A stretch of DNA of 64,000 nucleotides. Source: Eledone cirrhosa (Eukaryota). Positions 49,430 through 64,000 of the stretch are shown piece after piece. The notes under the pieces were generated by a model, which was not told the DNA's origin, made no database searches, and saw only the letters and a program-made list of their open reading frames with translations. Both the position numbers and the translations under genes were made by a program. Location of the stretch: the NCBI GenBank assembly GCA_964016885.1, contig CAXHJY010000001.1, positions 744,001-808,000 of the forward strand, written 5' to 3'. Within the stretch, counting starts at the first letter, position 1; each line of letters starts with the position of its first letter.

Positions 49430-52400
49430 TTGACCCGAATTGGGTCCTAGAGATGATTCATCATCTTCTAGAGTTCAAAAGCTAGCTAAACTGAAGAGGT
49501 ACCGGCCTGCCCGCCCAGCCAATGGGATGGCGTCATCTTATGGTTAAAACAGCACAAAGAAAAGGGCCTCAGTACCCTGCGAGTCAATCGGGCTACTCCA
49601 TGACGTCGGAGTGCAACCCGAGCGACGAAAGGCTGCTAAGAATCACAGGTTCACGAAGGCCGCCATGGAACAGGACTAACCTTGCCATATGCACATACAA
49701 CTGCAGGTCTTTGGCAGGGGGGCAAGGACTGAACCACCTAATGGAGGAGAAGAAGAAGATCAGGTGGGACGTGTTAGGGCTGTGTGAGACCCGCCAGAAG
49801 AAGGAGGCGAATTCCCGATGGCAAGATGGATGCGCCGTGAGACTCGGGAAAGCAGAGGATGCCAGATTGGTATAGGGTTTATCGTAAGCAAGGAATGGGC
49901 TTCGAAGGTCGCTTCTTGCCAGTTCATATCGTCACGGATTGGTGTAGTGAACGTAAACCTCTCAGGGAAGGCCACCCTCAAGATCATCCAGACCTACGCT
50001 CCCACAAGTGCCAGCGACGACGAGGAAGTGGAAGAATTCTATCGCCAGCTAGACAAAGTGCTAGCTGTGAAGTCCACTTACACCGTAGTGATGGGAGACT
50101 TCAACGCAAAGGTCGGACAGGGATGGCAAGGGGAAGAGTATGTAGGAAAATTCGGCCTAGAAGATCGAAATGAGAGAGGAGAGTGTCTGGTCACCATGGC
50201 GGAGATGAGACGGCTCTACATTGGAGACAGCCTATTCTGGAAGAAGGAGGAGAAAAGATGGACCTGGGTATCGCTAAATTCTGAGCACGGAAACAAGATC
50301 GACTACATCCTGGTCGACAAGCGACGTATACTGCAGGACGTCTCCGTCATAACGCCATTTAACACTGGCAGTGATCATCGTCTGGTGAGGGCGAAGGTCG
50401 TCATCGATCGGACGAGGGAAAAGAAGGTGCTGCATTTGGCGGCAAAGGGAGAACGCGTCTGGGTCTTCAACGAGGCGCAGCAGCAGGAAGCCATCATGCA
50501 GGAAAAGTGGTGTAAAGGAGACGGCATAGACGCTGACTACGACTCACTGATAAGGAAACTGAAGGAGTGCTTGAGGAAGGCTAAGGGTGTGTGCCCGAAG
50601 GAGTGGAAGGGAAGAGTCTGGGAGGAAACTATGAAGTTGCTTGAGAAGAGGAAGATTATGAAGGGGACACCTGAAGATCACCTCGAATATTCCCTTCTCA
50701 GCAGAGTGATACGGCAACTGAAGAGTGACTTCGAGCCATACCGGATGGGGAAGCTCCTGAAGGCCGCAGAGGAAAAGAAAAGCCTCAAGAAATGCGAGAC
50801 GGACATGGCAATGTACAGATCGGAGGTGACGACCCTGAAGAACACAGCTGGAGTACCGGTCAGCGACAAGAATGAGATGGAAAAGATTTACGAAGACTTC
50901 TACACCAAGCTCTTCAAGTCTGCCGGGAATGTGCAGCCGTTGCCGTCACTCCAACAGGAAGAAAATGTGCCACCCATCCTTGTCGGTGAGGTGGAAAGAG
51001 CCGTCGGCGTGATGAAAAGCGGAAAGGCGCCAGGGAAAGACGGCATAACATCGGAGGTGTTGAAGTCAGGTGGAGAGCAGCTCTGGAAAATCCTCGCCGA
51101 GCGATTCACACACGATCTGGACGAGGGAAGAATACCCTCGCAGTGGAAAGAGTCGAATACGATCCTGCTATAAAAGAAGGGCGATAGAGAAGATCTGAAG
51201 AACTACTGACCCATATTCCTGCTGTCTCACATGTACAAGCTGTTCACGAAGATAATCCTGAACAGGTTATCACATCATCTGGACGAACAGCAACCGAAAG
51301 AGCAAGCCGGCTTCCAGAAGAACTACAGCACGATGGACCACATATTTACTCTGACACAACTGCTTGAGCAAGCAAAAGGGTACAAGATGCCTCTTTGCGT
51401 CGCGTTCGTAGACTACAAGAAGGCCTTCGACAGCGTCGAAATCAACGCAGTGCTGAACTCGCTGCAGAGGCAAGGAGTCGAGGCGCAATACGTTCAACTG
51501 CTCAAGGAGGCGAATTCCGGATGCACCACCGACACAGCTCTGCTGTCATCATCCGTACGAGTGCCGGTCGAGAAGGGAGTGAAGCAAGGAGATACGATCT
51601 CTCCAAAAGTTTTCACCGCGTGTCTCGAGCAGATCTTCAGAGGCATTGACTGGCAAGGCGGTGTCACCATCAATGGGGAGATACTTACCCACCTCCGTTT
51701 CGCTGATGACATCGTACTCATCGCTGAAACCACGGATCGGCTTCAGACCATGCTGACGGAGCTCGACATCAAAAGCTCTGCAGTAGGCCTCAAGATGAAC
51801 AGCATGAAAACGAACTTCATGCGGTCCGACTACGTACCAACAGGTCGAATGGTGGTTGGCGGTGATGAAATAGAGGAGGTGGAGGAATACGTCTACCTAG
51901 GACAAGAAGTGAACATGCGCTGAGACATTGAGAGGCTGATCTCGCAGAGAGTAAAGGCCGGATGGAAGGCGTTCAGCGGCATAAGGGATGTGCTCAAGGG
52001 GAGGTTAGACAAGATCGCCCAAGCCAACTTCTTCAATAGCACAGTTTTACCTACAAAGTTATATGGCAGTGAATCTTGGGCTACAACGAAGAGAGAAGAG
52101 CAGAGGCTGGTAACGGCTCAAAGAGCCATGGAGAGATCAATGCTAGGAATCTCGTTGAGAGAGCACATCAGGAGCGAAGTCATCAGACAGAAGTCCGGTG
52201 TGAGGGACGTCATCGCGCAATATATACGCAGCAAGTTCAGATGGGCTGGACACGTCGCCCGGTTCACCGATAATCGCTGGACCTGCGCAGTTGCGGAGTG
52301 GTACCTGTGCGAGTGGAAGCGACCACTCGGAAGGCCTCCATGAAGGTGGCAGATCATTTTAGGAATATGATTGGGACTACATGGATGAGGAAAGCACAAT

Positions 52401-52474
52401 CCAGAGAGGAATGGACGGCGTGCTGTGACCAGCGGCGTCGAATGGATGCCCGACAGACTGGTCGGTCAAGGTGA
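49430..52474 (+). mobile_element. Near full-length RTE-clade LINE (APE endonuclease + RT) with a few stops and frameshifts, flanked by (TA)n
   Basis: Motifs TYNCRSL, LGLCETR, VVMGDFNAKVG, IDYILV, GSDHRLV, GKAPGKDGI, FVDYKKAFDSV, GVKQGDTISP, HLRFADDIVL and RWAGHVAR. Confidence 0.95.
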
Positions 52475-53266
52475 TATATATATATAGATACATATATATA
52501 TATATATATATATACATATATTTAATACAATAACAGAGAAAGCTTTAAGCTAAACTCTGACTGGCTACCATCTCACTCAACAAACATTAGGATATACCTT
52601 AGTATAATCCCAATTTTGTGTTTGGGGTGCTAACTATATGTATTTTGTGGAAAGCCAGTTGTATTATTTTATATGAGATATAATTAAAATTAAAATATAT
52701 CTCTCTTTCCAAACAATTGTTTCATTATAAGTTTTCTACAAGTTGGGAGAATGTTTCCGGTTTATGTAGAAGCCTACATATTTTTCTGTAAGAACATATG
52801 CAGGTGGGCCTTATAAATCATCAGTGGATGCCCTTCAAACATTGATATAAGAAAAAATTTCTTACCGCAGTTATTTTTGTGTCAGCTAAGTCGTCCCTTC
52901 ACGCATCATAATGACCGCCAAATTTGAAATTCCAGCAGTCCTAGACTGAGGAATATCACAGCGTCACGAAGCGGAAAAGGGAGGCAATCGCGAAACACAA
53001 GAAAGTAAAATAATATACACGTGGGTTAATTAGTTTTTTTAAAAACAATTTTAATCCTGCGTGTTAAGAACTCAATTAATTTTAAAAAAATAAATGTATG
53101 CATGTATTAAGTACGTATATATATATACATATATATATATACATACATATATATATGTATATGTGTGTATATGTATATAGTATATATGTATATATAGGAA
53201 GAGGCACATGGCTTGCAAGCAGAGAAAAGTGGACGTAAAATGATGATGATGATGATGATATATATA

Positions 53267-56200
53267 TCTATATATTAATTTGAAGAACGTCAGTATTCCG
53301 TGTGTCACAATTCTCGATTATCATTGGTTCATAGGTTTCAAACGACTCCGCCCACCCCAACGACGCCAAACTGAAATTAATATGCATAATGCCAATGAGG
53401 GAGTGAGAGGGGAGAGTGTGAACGCTGTGTTCAATAACTATTAACATGTATGCGTGTGTATGTATGTGCGCGTATGTTTATGTGTGTGTGCGTGCGTGCA
53501 GTGTTCCACAGAAAGTAAAAACTATCAACATGTGTGAGTGTGTGCGTGTGTAAGTTTGTGTGCGTGTGCGCGTTTCCATGCGTGTATTTGTGTGACGTTC
53601 CACAATCGCCGCGCAGTTTATCTGTCTGTGTGCCTGTCTGTCATGCACAGAGTTGAGAAGGGAGTAAATAGGGACCTTTCTTTACATTGACGGACATCTT
53701 TTATATTTATTATTGTGTCATTTTTTTTTACAATTGCTCCAAATGAATACTGATAAGAAAAGCAATTCGACTTTATCAAACAGTGAACTACAGCGGCGAC
53801 GGAGTGCTGCGATGGTTGAAAAACGAACTGGCTGAGCATCATCAGCAGGTGGCCAGAATTCAGCAGCAATGGCGTGCTCCGGTGGATGAAGAGGAGCTGG
53901 CTGAACAGCGCCACCGCAATACAGAAGTTCAGGGAATGTGTCGCAAAGTGCTCCTCATTCCAGTAAAGAGGCGAACGAATGATATTAAAAGTGGATCATG
54001 GCAACCGTGTCACTGTCAGATTGGTGGACGACCAGGGTCTCCACATTGTGGAGCATTGCTTTGGTGGCACGAAAAGACGTGGACCACAATGTGCTGTCAC
54101 AAAGGAGCAGTTCAACTAGAACCTTTGCGAATGCCGGATGATGGGGAGTCACCGGAGTTTAAAATACTAAGTATGTGGGGTGATCAATGAGACCGAGGTA
54201 GATTACTGCGCAAATATTCGCGGCAAATTAACAATTTATTAGCTTTAGCATCGCAGAGAGTTAGTGAGATGTTTGAGAGTGGAGCATGGCAACCGAATGT
54301 CGTCATTCAATGCCGTTTGTATCATTGTATCGATAATTCAGAAGTTACCCCAGGAGAGAGGCCTTGATTCGCTCAAATTTACGTTAACAATCCAGATTAT
54401 AGTGAATCGGAGGAGGATATCAGGATCGGTTGGATGAAGTTGCCGGGAAATATAACTGAACTTGAACGGCAAAGGTTAAGTGATTTGATCCATGATTTGC
54501 AATCATGGCTTAGACAGTGTAATCCTTATGTTATGGATTTCATGTTGGTGGCTGAACTGCAGAATGTTCAGCAACAAACATTGGTGATTAAGGCTGACGC
54601 AGTGCCAAGGAATCAACACGAACGGCGATATAATGCCCCCGAAGGATTTCGTGAAGTCGCTGTGTTGATGGACGATAAGCCTGGATCGAGAGATATAGCC
54701 CTCAATCGCAGAGATGGTGGTCTCAACACTATCAATGAGTCAAATAGGACATACCATCCATTGCATTATGTTCTTTTATTCCCAAAAGGTGAAAATGGAT
54801 GGAACATGTCTGTTCATTTAGATGATCATGAGAATCAGCATCAACAGGGAGGTGGCAATAGACACAATAATTCGATTCGCGACTTTTACGCGTTCCATTT
54901 GAACGAGAGGAATCAACAGAGAAATGCGCTATTTCAAGCCAGCAGATTGTTCCAGGAATACTGTTGTATGGCATACGCAAAGATCGAAAATCAAAGGCTA
55001 AATTATATAGCTACACATCAGCAACATATCAGAGCTGAATTGTATAATAATATACAGGATGCGATAACAGCCAATGATGCCAATTACAAGCAAATTGGTC
55101 GACGCATCATTTTGCCATCGTCGTTCATCGGCGGCCCGAGATATATGAACATTCGCTATCAGGATGCAATGGCTATTGTCAGAAAGTTTGGAAAGCCAGA
55201 TTTGTTTATAACGGTTACATGCAATCCTGAATGGACTGATATTAAGGATGCACTTTTGCCAGGACAACAGCCAAAGGACCGTCCTGATATTGTGGCAAGA
55301 GTATTCAAAGGATATCTGAAAAAGATAATGGATGATGTGGAAAAAGAGGGAATCTTTGGAGGTATAGTTGCTTTTACATACGTAATTGAATTCCAAAAAA
55401 GAGGATTGCCACATGCACATTTGCTGATCATTTTACATAGAGATTGCAAATTGTGATGTGCTGAGGATGTCGACAGCATTGTGTGTGCTGAACTGCCGGA
55501 GAATGAGGCACTATGCAACTTGGTGGCAAAGTCAATGGTGCACAACCAATGCGGAGTGGCAAATCGGAAAGCGCCTTGCATGAAAAATGGCCAATGCAGT
55601 AAGCACTTTCCGAAATCTTTTGTCACGAACACTTCCTGGAATGATGGGGATGCTCATCCCTCATACAGAAGACGGTCGCCTGCCGATGGCGGTTTGGTCG
55701 AAAATGTAAACGGTCGACAGGTTACAAATCAATGGGTTGTGCCATACAATCCATATTTGATTATGAAATATCGTTGTCATATTAATGTGGAAATTTGTAG
55801 CTCAGTGAAAGCTTGCAAATATCTATTCAAGTATGTTTACAAAGGTCATGATGGGGCAATGATGAATGTCAGGAATGAGGAAGCGAACCAAGGAGATGAA
55901 GTTGGCAGGTTCCAGGATGTTCGCTCGATTGGATCTAGCGAAGCTTGCTGGAGATTGTTCGATTTTGATCTCAATGAACGCAAACACAGCGTTCAGAAAC
56001 TGACGGTTCACTTAGAGAATAGGCAAATGGTCTGTTTTAAGGACAGTAGAAGAGGTATCGAAAGAATTGCTAACGCACCACCTCCTAAGACGGAATTGAC
56101 TGAGTGGTTCAAGCATAATAGGGAACATGCTTTGAACCCGGATCAAAAGCAACTCTACTGCGATTTCCCTTCGCACTATACGTGGGATAAGAAGGGAAAG

Positions 56201-59085
56201 AAATGGAATGATAGAAAACAAAAGTTGAGATTCATGACTATTGGACGGGTTTGTAATGTCCATCCAGCATCTGGTGATGTGTTTTATCTCCGAATTCTGT
56301 TGCATAGTGATTTTTCGAGAGGTAAACAGAGCTTCGCTGATTTGAAAACAATCAATGGCGTGGAATATAAAAGATACCAGGCTGTGTGTCAGCATCTGGG
56401 ACTCCTTCAGGATGACGCTGAATGGAATAACGCCATGGAAGCTGCAGGAACAACACAGATGCCAGCTCGAATATGGCAGTTGTTTGTCACGATTCTAGGA
56501 TTCTGCAATTCTGCCGATCCAAGAGAGTTATTTGAACGCCATTGGGGAATTATGGCTGATGATTTTAGGCACCATCTTCAGGTCTATGATGAACATTTGA
56601 TGAAGGCTATTGTTTTGCTCAATATTGAGCAACTGCTCGAAGTTCATTTGAAATGTTTAACAGATTTCAATTTGCCAATTCCTGATGAAGAAATGCGGCA
56701 ACGTGTCTTAGCATTGAACATGAGATTGCAGCTTAGACGGTTGCCACTCGATCGGAGGGAACTATTCCAGTTTGATCCACTGGAACAGCAACGTATTGTG
56801 GATGAACGTATGCCAATGTTGACCCAATCTCACAGAGAATTGGTCGATGGCGCTCTCCACTCGATTTCCACTAATGAGCAACTTTGTGCTTTCATAGATG
56901 TTCCAGGAGGCACCGGAAAGACATTCTGTTTCAACACTATGTTATCGGCAGTCAGAGCTCAGAGGAAGATTGCTCTCCCTGTGCCCACCAGGGGCATCGC
57001 TGCCACTTTGCTGAGTGGTGGAAGGACCTTCCACTCATGCTTCAAGGCTCCATTGGCTCCAGATGAGTTGAGTGTCTGTAATATTACAGGACAAAGTGAA
57101 CTCGCGGGCCTTATACGCAATACGTCTCTGATTATTTGCGACGAGGCTCCAATGCCACACAGATATTTGCTGGAGGCATTGGACAGAACATTGAGAGATA
57201 TCTGCGGTAGTGACCTGCCATTCAGTGGTAAGACTATCGTTGTTGGTGGCGATTTCAGACAGGTGCTACCAATTGTTAGGAATGCTCAAAGAGCGCAAAT
57301 TGTCGATGCATGTCTGAAAAAGTCCCCGTTGTGGCGCCATTTCAGAGTTTTGCGATTACACGATAATATGCGACTTCCTATGTTCGGGCAAAACGAAGAG
57401 GCTGAGACATACGGCCGATGGTTGATGCAGTTGGGAAACGATGAATTGCCACACGTTGGTGATAATCAGACTGTTTGGTCATGCCACTGGACCGCCAAGG
57501 CTTGATTGACTGGGTGTTCCCTAATTTGAATGCTTTTTGGCAGAATCTCTCCTGAATATCGGAACATGTTATTCTAACTCATACGAATACAACGGTCGAT
57601 GAAATAAATTCACAAGTAGCCGGAATGTTTCCTGGAGAGGAATGGTTGACCGTCAGTGCGTATGCAATGGAGCCTAATCAGCAGAACAGTATGGATGTTC
57701 CGACTGAGTATCTGAATTCACTTCAAATACCCGGATTTCCCCCACATATTTTGAGGTTGAAAAAGGGTTTGCCGATTATATTGCTTAGAAATATCAATCA
57801 TAAAATGGGTCTTTGCAATGATTGATTGTTGAGAGATTGATTAACGGAAGAGTTTTAGAAGCTAAACTCCCAGGCAGAGAGGAATCGGTTCTCATTCCGA
57901 GGATCATGCTGAGACCAAGTGAAGATCTGCTGCCATTTATTTGGCAAAGGAGACAGTTTCCCGTCAATTTGGCCTTCTCCATGACTGTCAACAAGGCACA
58001 GGGACAGACTTTCAAGCGAGTCGGTGTCTACTTGAATGATCCAGCATTCAGCCATGGGCAACTCTATGTTGCTGCATCTCGAGTGTGCGATCCTGATGGT
58101 ATAAAATTTGCAATTGATACCACTAACAGAGTAACAAACCTAAATATTGTCTATAATGAAGCTTTGAGCTGATGTATGCATATCTTTAAAGCTATCAATA
58201 AGCGACGTATATGATTCGGACATTGGTTTCCTTTCATCTGTATTGTGAGCTTTGGCAGAGTTATCATTTATGTCCAATGTCATTTATTGTCGATAATGAG
58301 CAATAAAAACCAACAAGTATTGGTAGAAATTGCCTTCAAATTTATCGCTTCTGATTGCAGTGGTAATAAAACCTCATCATATGCTGAGTCTGGCAAAAAG
58401 TTTGGTGCCCATGGCCGGCCAGGGCTAGAGTAATATTGAAAAACCATTCTATTTTCGAAGTAGAAGGATCCGCCATTTTGAGTTCAAACCAGGCCACCTC
58501 CCCGAGTTGAACTCTGGGCAATATTGACTGTCTATTACTCAGTGGCTAAGAGCCTGGAAATTACTGAATAAATTTTTGTGTCATATAATTTGTTGTTTTA
58601 TTATTATAGCTGACCACTTATAGATAAGCATGTTATCCATATCCATATTAATTTGGCATTTGTATAAACCATTTCAAGTAAATAGGGACCTTCTTTACAT
58701 TGACGGACATCTTTTTTATTAATTATCTATATCTATATCTACATATAATATAAAAGATTGGAACTTCCATCATCCTTTTGAGAAACGTGGAACAACCACG
58801 TCTATGCAATGATACACGTTTTCCAGTCAGGCAGAAGAGGAACCATCTCCTAGAGGTCACTATTCTAGGTGGGAGCACCTAGAATTGTTCATATACTATG
58901 CACAAACCGCACGACGAAGAATCTGGTATATCTGGAAGATTATTTTTACTGTTTTTTTGTATCACACAGACAACACGGACTCGCCTCACACTGTAACCAG
59001 ACAAACATCCAATACAGACATTTTCTCTTTTACCTGTCTTCTCTTATCATCTGTTTACCCGGGCGAAGCTAGGTACGTCAGCTAG
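53267..59085 (+). mobile_element. Helitron with a decayed RepHel gene
   Basis: 5' TC end (TCTATATATTAATT) and 3' hairpin ACCCGGGCGAAGCTAGGT plus CGTCAGCTAG|T. Confidence 0.8.
53800..58172 (+). pseudogene. Helitron RepHel (HUH Rep + Pif1-family helicase), interrupted by stops and frameshifts
   Basis: Rep motifs PDLFITVTCNPEW, VIEFQKRGLPHAHLLI and KYLFKYVYKGHD; helicase motifs PGGTGKTF, ICDEAPM, GGDFRQVLP, AFSMTVNKAQGQT and FSHGQLYVAASRV. Confidence 0.95.
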
Positions 59086-59630
59086 TCTATATATTAATTT
59101 CAACAATGTCAATATTCCATGTGTCATAATTCTCGATTATCATTGGTTCATAGGTTTCAAACGACTCCGCCCACCTCAACTACGCCAAACTTAAATTAAT
59201 ATGTATAATGCCAATGAGAGAGTGAGAGGCGGAGAGAGGCAAAGTGAACGCTGTGTTGGATACACTATGTATATGTGTCAGTGTAGAGATGTGTGTGGAA
59301 ATAAGAGGGGAAGGAAAGCAATAACTATTAACACGTGTGCGTGTGTATGTACGTGCGCGTATGTTTATGTATGTGTGCGTGCGTGCAGCGTTCCACAGAA
59401 AGTAAAAACTATCAACATGTGTGAGTGTGTGCGTGTGTGTAAGTGCACGGGTGCGTGTGTAAGTTTGTGTGCGTGTATGTGTGTATACGTGCGGCGTTCC
59501 ACAATCGCCACGCAGTTTATCTGTCTGTGTGCCTGTCTGTCAGTCTAACATACAGAGTTGTGAAGGGAGTAAATAGGGACCTTTTCTTTTATCATCTGTT
59601 TACCCGGGCGAAGCTGGGTACGTCAGCTCG
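59086..59630 (+). mobile_element. Non-autonomous Helitron (internal-deletion derivative), head-to-tail with the preceding element
   Basis: Its 5' part matches 53267-53680 and it ends in TACCCGGGCGAAGCTGGGTACGTCAGCTCG (CTAG mutated). Confidence 0.8.
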
Positions 59631-60749
59631 GGAAAATAATTTATGCTTTGATTCGTGAAGACGTTCCCTGGCAATGAACGGGAAAAAGAAGATAATACGT
59701 CGTTATGGGGAGCGGTGACAACAATTACACGTAAAGACAAAACCACCTTTATGGTGTAAATGGAGTCGTAGACTAATATTCTATTAAGGAAACTGAATGA
59801 TGCTCGGCTTCGGAGTCCAGAATAATGTAAATAAATTAGTTGAACGAAAATGACAGATGTTATTAAAATCATAAAAGTAATAATAATTAAATATATACAT
59901 ACACACATTTATACATGAGCATATGCGAAAACTCACGGCATGCATGCATATACATATACGTACACATAAACAGGCGCGCACGGACGTAAACCGGCGCAAC
60001 ACATATACCCGCACACATACGATTGTATGCACCAAATACACATATAAATATATGTTTGTGTGTGTATATATACATATAATTATAAATACATATATAAATA
60101 TACACGCATAAATGCGTATAGAACGCACACTCACATACCTACAGGTAAATACACATATGTTCACCAAACGTACATATACCAAAACCCTATGTACACATAT
60201 ACACACATACACACTCATTCATACACATATATACACATATACATACATACGTACATATATGTGTGTATATATATATATAGAGAGAGAGAGAGAGCAGTTG
60301 TAATGGGTAATATCGCTGCTATTTCTAGCAGTCAGTGAGACTACCTAGAGGTTTTCTTATTGATATATAATTGATATTTTATTGAGTGATACTTTCTGAT
60401 TTACAATAAACTAAAAACGATTGGAACTGTGTCTGAAGGTATTAAATTATATCAGGGACTTTTAACGTATGACACCGGAAAGAGAGTTGAAACATGCACA
60501 ACGACACCGAGTACCTGCTGCCTTCATTGCGGTGAATTGGCAGTATCGGTAGAGGGTCGGACGCCATGCTTTCCAGCATAGTTACGTCCCTTTACGATCT
60601 GAGTTCAAATCCTGCCGAGGTTGACTTTGCCTTTCATCCTTACGGGGTCGATAAAATAAAGTACCAGTAATGCACTGGGTAATTGCTGGCCTTGTGCCTA
60701 AAGTAGAAACAATTATAACTTTAATTAATCTAATTATATCTTGTGTAAC

Positions 60750-60794
<45 letters not shown>

Positions 60795-61445
60795 AGTTTA
60801 TTTCCCCGACATCAGTCTTACACTGTCATATCTATTCTTACTTTACAATTGTGTCTACTAAGAGTTCCATTACAATCTGTAGTAGTAAAACTACTATTTC
60901 ACCAGAACATCTGCTATCAGTCATTTATAGACAATATATATATTTTAGACCACATATCAACCTAATATATATATATTTCCTATCAAATCTGTAGCTAAAG
61001 ACATAAAGTCAGCCTCACTACTTCATTCTGACAAGATATCAATTCATGACTAAAGATGAAGAAGATACACCAACGTTAATGTCGTGAAATAAAGCTGATA
61101 ACATCTTTGAAACTTTTAATTTGATAACAAAGAGATTATTTCTTTGGTTGTTTAGTTACAACTAACAACACAACACATTGATTATATGTGAATGAGGTAA
61201 GTTGACAAAGATTTACTTGAAGTCTATAATAATTGTTTCTACTTTAGGCACAAGACCAGCAATTACCCAGTGCATTACTGGTACTTTATTTTATCGACCC
61301 CCTAAGGATGAAAGACAAAGTCAACCTCGGCGGGATTTGAACTCAGATCGTAAAGGTACGTAACTATGCTGGAAAGCATAGCGTCTGACCCTCTACCGAC
61401 TTGAAGTCTATAATAATGATAGCCACAATTACTAACTGCTATATA

Positions 61446-62090
61446 GTACATTAGATAATGTAGTCCTAGGTACACTATGTCTGATAGCCACTATACTGTA
61501 CATTATATAATGTAGTCCTAGGTACACTATGTCTGATAGCCACTATACTGTACATTAGACAATGTAGTCCTAGGTACACTATGTCTGATAGCCACTATAC
61601 TGTACATTATATAATGTAGTCCTAGATACACTATGTCTGATAGCCACTATACTGTACATTAGACAATGTAGTCCTAGGTACACTATGTCTGATAGCCACT
61701 ATACTGTACATTATATAATGTAGTCCTAGGTACACTATGTCTGATAGCCACTATACTGTACATTAGATAATGTAGTCCTAGGTACACTATGTCTAATAGC
61801 TACTATACTGTACATTAGATAATGTAATCCTAGATACACTATGTCTGATAGACACTATACTGTACATTAGATAATGTAGTCCTAGATACACTATGTCTGA
61901 TAGCCACTATACTGTACATTAGATAATGTAGTCCTAGGTACACTATGTCTGATAGCCATTAATACTAATTTCTATACTGTACATTAGATAATGTAGTCCT
62001 AGATATACTATGTCTTATAGCCACTAATACTAACTACTGTACTGTACATTAGATAATGTAATCCTAGATACACTATGTCTGATAGTCACT
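61446..62090. repeat. 52-bp minisatellite, about 12 units
   Basis: Unit gtacattagataatgtagtcctaggtacactatgtctgatagccactatact. Confidence 0.9.
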
Positions 62091-62949
62091 AGTATATACG
62101 TAGTTCTCAGGGAGATTCAGCAAGACGTATGGCATGGCTTCCCTTTGAAATACATGTAGAACCCATCTTATATTATAATGTGTCTGAGTATTTCATTGAC
62201 ACGTATACCGTTGACATTCTTCTCAGGGAGATTCAGTGTGACAATTCTATGTAACAACATTTCCACTATAATTATTACAACTTATTATTTTTGCCAGCTG
62301 GGTGAAATAAAACAATGAGAAATAAAGTGTCTTGTTCAAGGCCCCGACGTACAGACCACCCGGTATGGGATTCGAACTCACGAACCATACGTTCATGTAT
62401 TGCGTGCTATCACCGCCTAAATCCGGTTTCCTCCACACAAAATACACCAGAATATTTTAATCCGGATTAATTCAGGAACAAGAATTACGATAAGTCGCTG
62501 AGAGTGATCTCCCTTGGCTGACTTTACAATCTTTACTTCTTCCATTAGAAATTAATTTGTTTCATGTCCGATTGAAAGACTCTGGAGTTTTTACCTGTCT
62601 TGTGTTTAATTAATGAGGAATTTTGAGGTATTTATAACAATTATTAATTATTTCATTACTGAGATATCATTTGAAGGATTTACTGAAGTTTTTAATTATT
62701 AATTATTTTATTAGTAACTTAATATGTGGTTCTTGTATAAAATTATGTTGGAAGATTTTAGGAAGAAGATATGTAGCTGGTCTCAGTAAAATAGACTCCG
62801 AGGCTATGTAGCCGGTAAGTGTGTCAAACACCGTGTGTTGCGGCCCTTTATGGTCTGAATTGAGACAATCTAAATTTGTTTCCACCATCAATTGTTAAAA
62901 AACAAGTTAAAATCTTTTAGTTGTCCATTCGTAACGTACGTTACACTTT

Positions 62950-63370
62950 AGTTACATACACATCTACTGTGTTACATACACACATCTACTGTGTTATATA
63001 CACACAGATCTACTGTGTTACATACACACACATCTACTGTGTTATATATACACATCTACTGTGTTATATATACACATCTACTGTGTTATATACACATCTG
63101 TGTTATATATACACATCAACTGTGTTACATATACACACATCTACTGTGTTACATACACATCTACTGTGTTATATATACACACACATCTAGTGTGTTACAT
63201 ACACATACATATACTGTGTTACACACACACACATCTACTGTGTTACATACACGCACATCTGCTGAGTTACATACACACACATCTGCTGAGTTACATACAC
63301 ACACATCTACTGTGTTACATACACACATCTACTGGGTTACACACACACAACACACACACATCTACACATA
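62950..63370. repeat. About 20-26-bp variable tandem repeat
   Basis: (acacacatctactgtgttacat)n. Confidence 0.85.
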
Positions 63371-64000
63371 CATATTCATAAATAGACACACAATACAAAA
63401 TAATTATTACATACACACATCTATGTAATGATTGAGGAAGGAATTGCCTGGTGAAACGCTATAACGATGTTTGTGTTGCGTACCTTTAAGGTTTACCGGC
63501 TTCGTAGCCTATTCGAAGATTTTATTATAATTATGAACCTTGTATTTCAATTAATTATGAATAATGTTGGGCTATTTATCACAATTGTTAGTTAATTACT
63601 AACATAGTAACTTAACATATGGTTGTTATATAGAATTTCGTTGGAAGACTTTAATTTAGATAGGAACCATTTCCATAGAAGGAGAACCTATTTTGGCTGG
63701 GTTTCTACCAAAAGGGTTAATGAAGAATTTTGAACAATTTACTAAAATTATTATTTCATTACTAAGATAATGTGTGAATACACAATTATATGTGTGTGTG
63801 TATATATATATAAACAGTATATATACAGTATATATATAGTATACAAAAGATGTAGTGGGATAATGAGTAGTCTTAAGAGAAGTCAGTCCAGATAGCTGCG
63901 CTGTAGTTTACACTTATTGGGACTGTGTGTTGGCTAGCAGGCCTGTATTTTGGGATCTAGCTGGTCCATTATGAGGGAGCTCTGGTTAGTTGGCAGCACC

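Overview
Eukaryotic, AT-rich, repeat-dense DNA. The SINE, MITE and microsatellite content suggests a cephalopod (Octopus-like) genome; this is inferred, not checked. Positions 1-47 kb are the inside of one large + strand gene built from near-identical 138-nt, phase 1-1 exons. Each exon encodes one 46-aa, 8-Cys EGF/laminin-EGF-like module of the MEGF10/11, SCARF or mollusc EGF-receptor type. I count 16 full-length exons, one 120-nt exon with compensating frameshifts and three frame-breaking copies. The 5' exons are almost identical and the 3' exons are divergent, and a near-perfect 4293-bp tandem duplication has copied one exon. Most introns hold a minisatellite, and several units can be traced to a local source: the exon's own 3' half, a piggyBac-type MITE end, a hAT MITE, a SINE core and an RTE LINE coding fragment. 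The 3' part of the window holds two RTE-clade LINEs, a decayed RepHel Helitron followed head-to-tail by non-autonomous derivatives, several foldback structures and a 5S rRNA fragment. The gene's start, stop and any transmembrane or cytoplasmic exons are not visible. Most long ORFs in the track are repeat artefacts.
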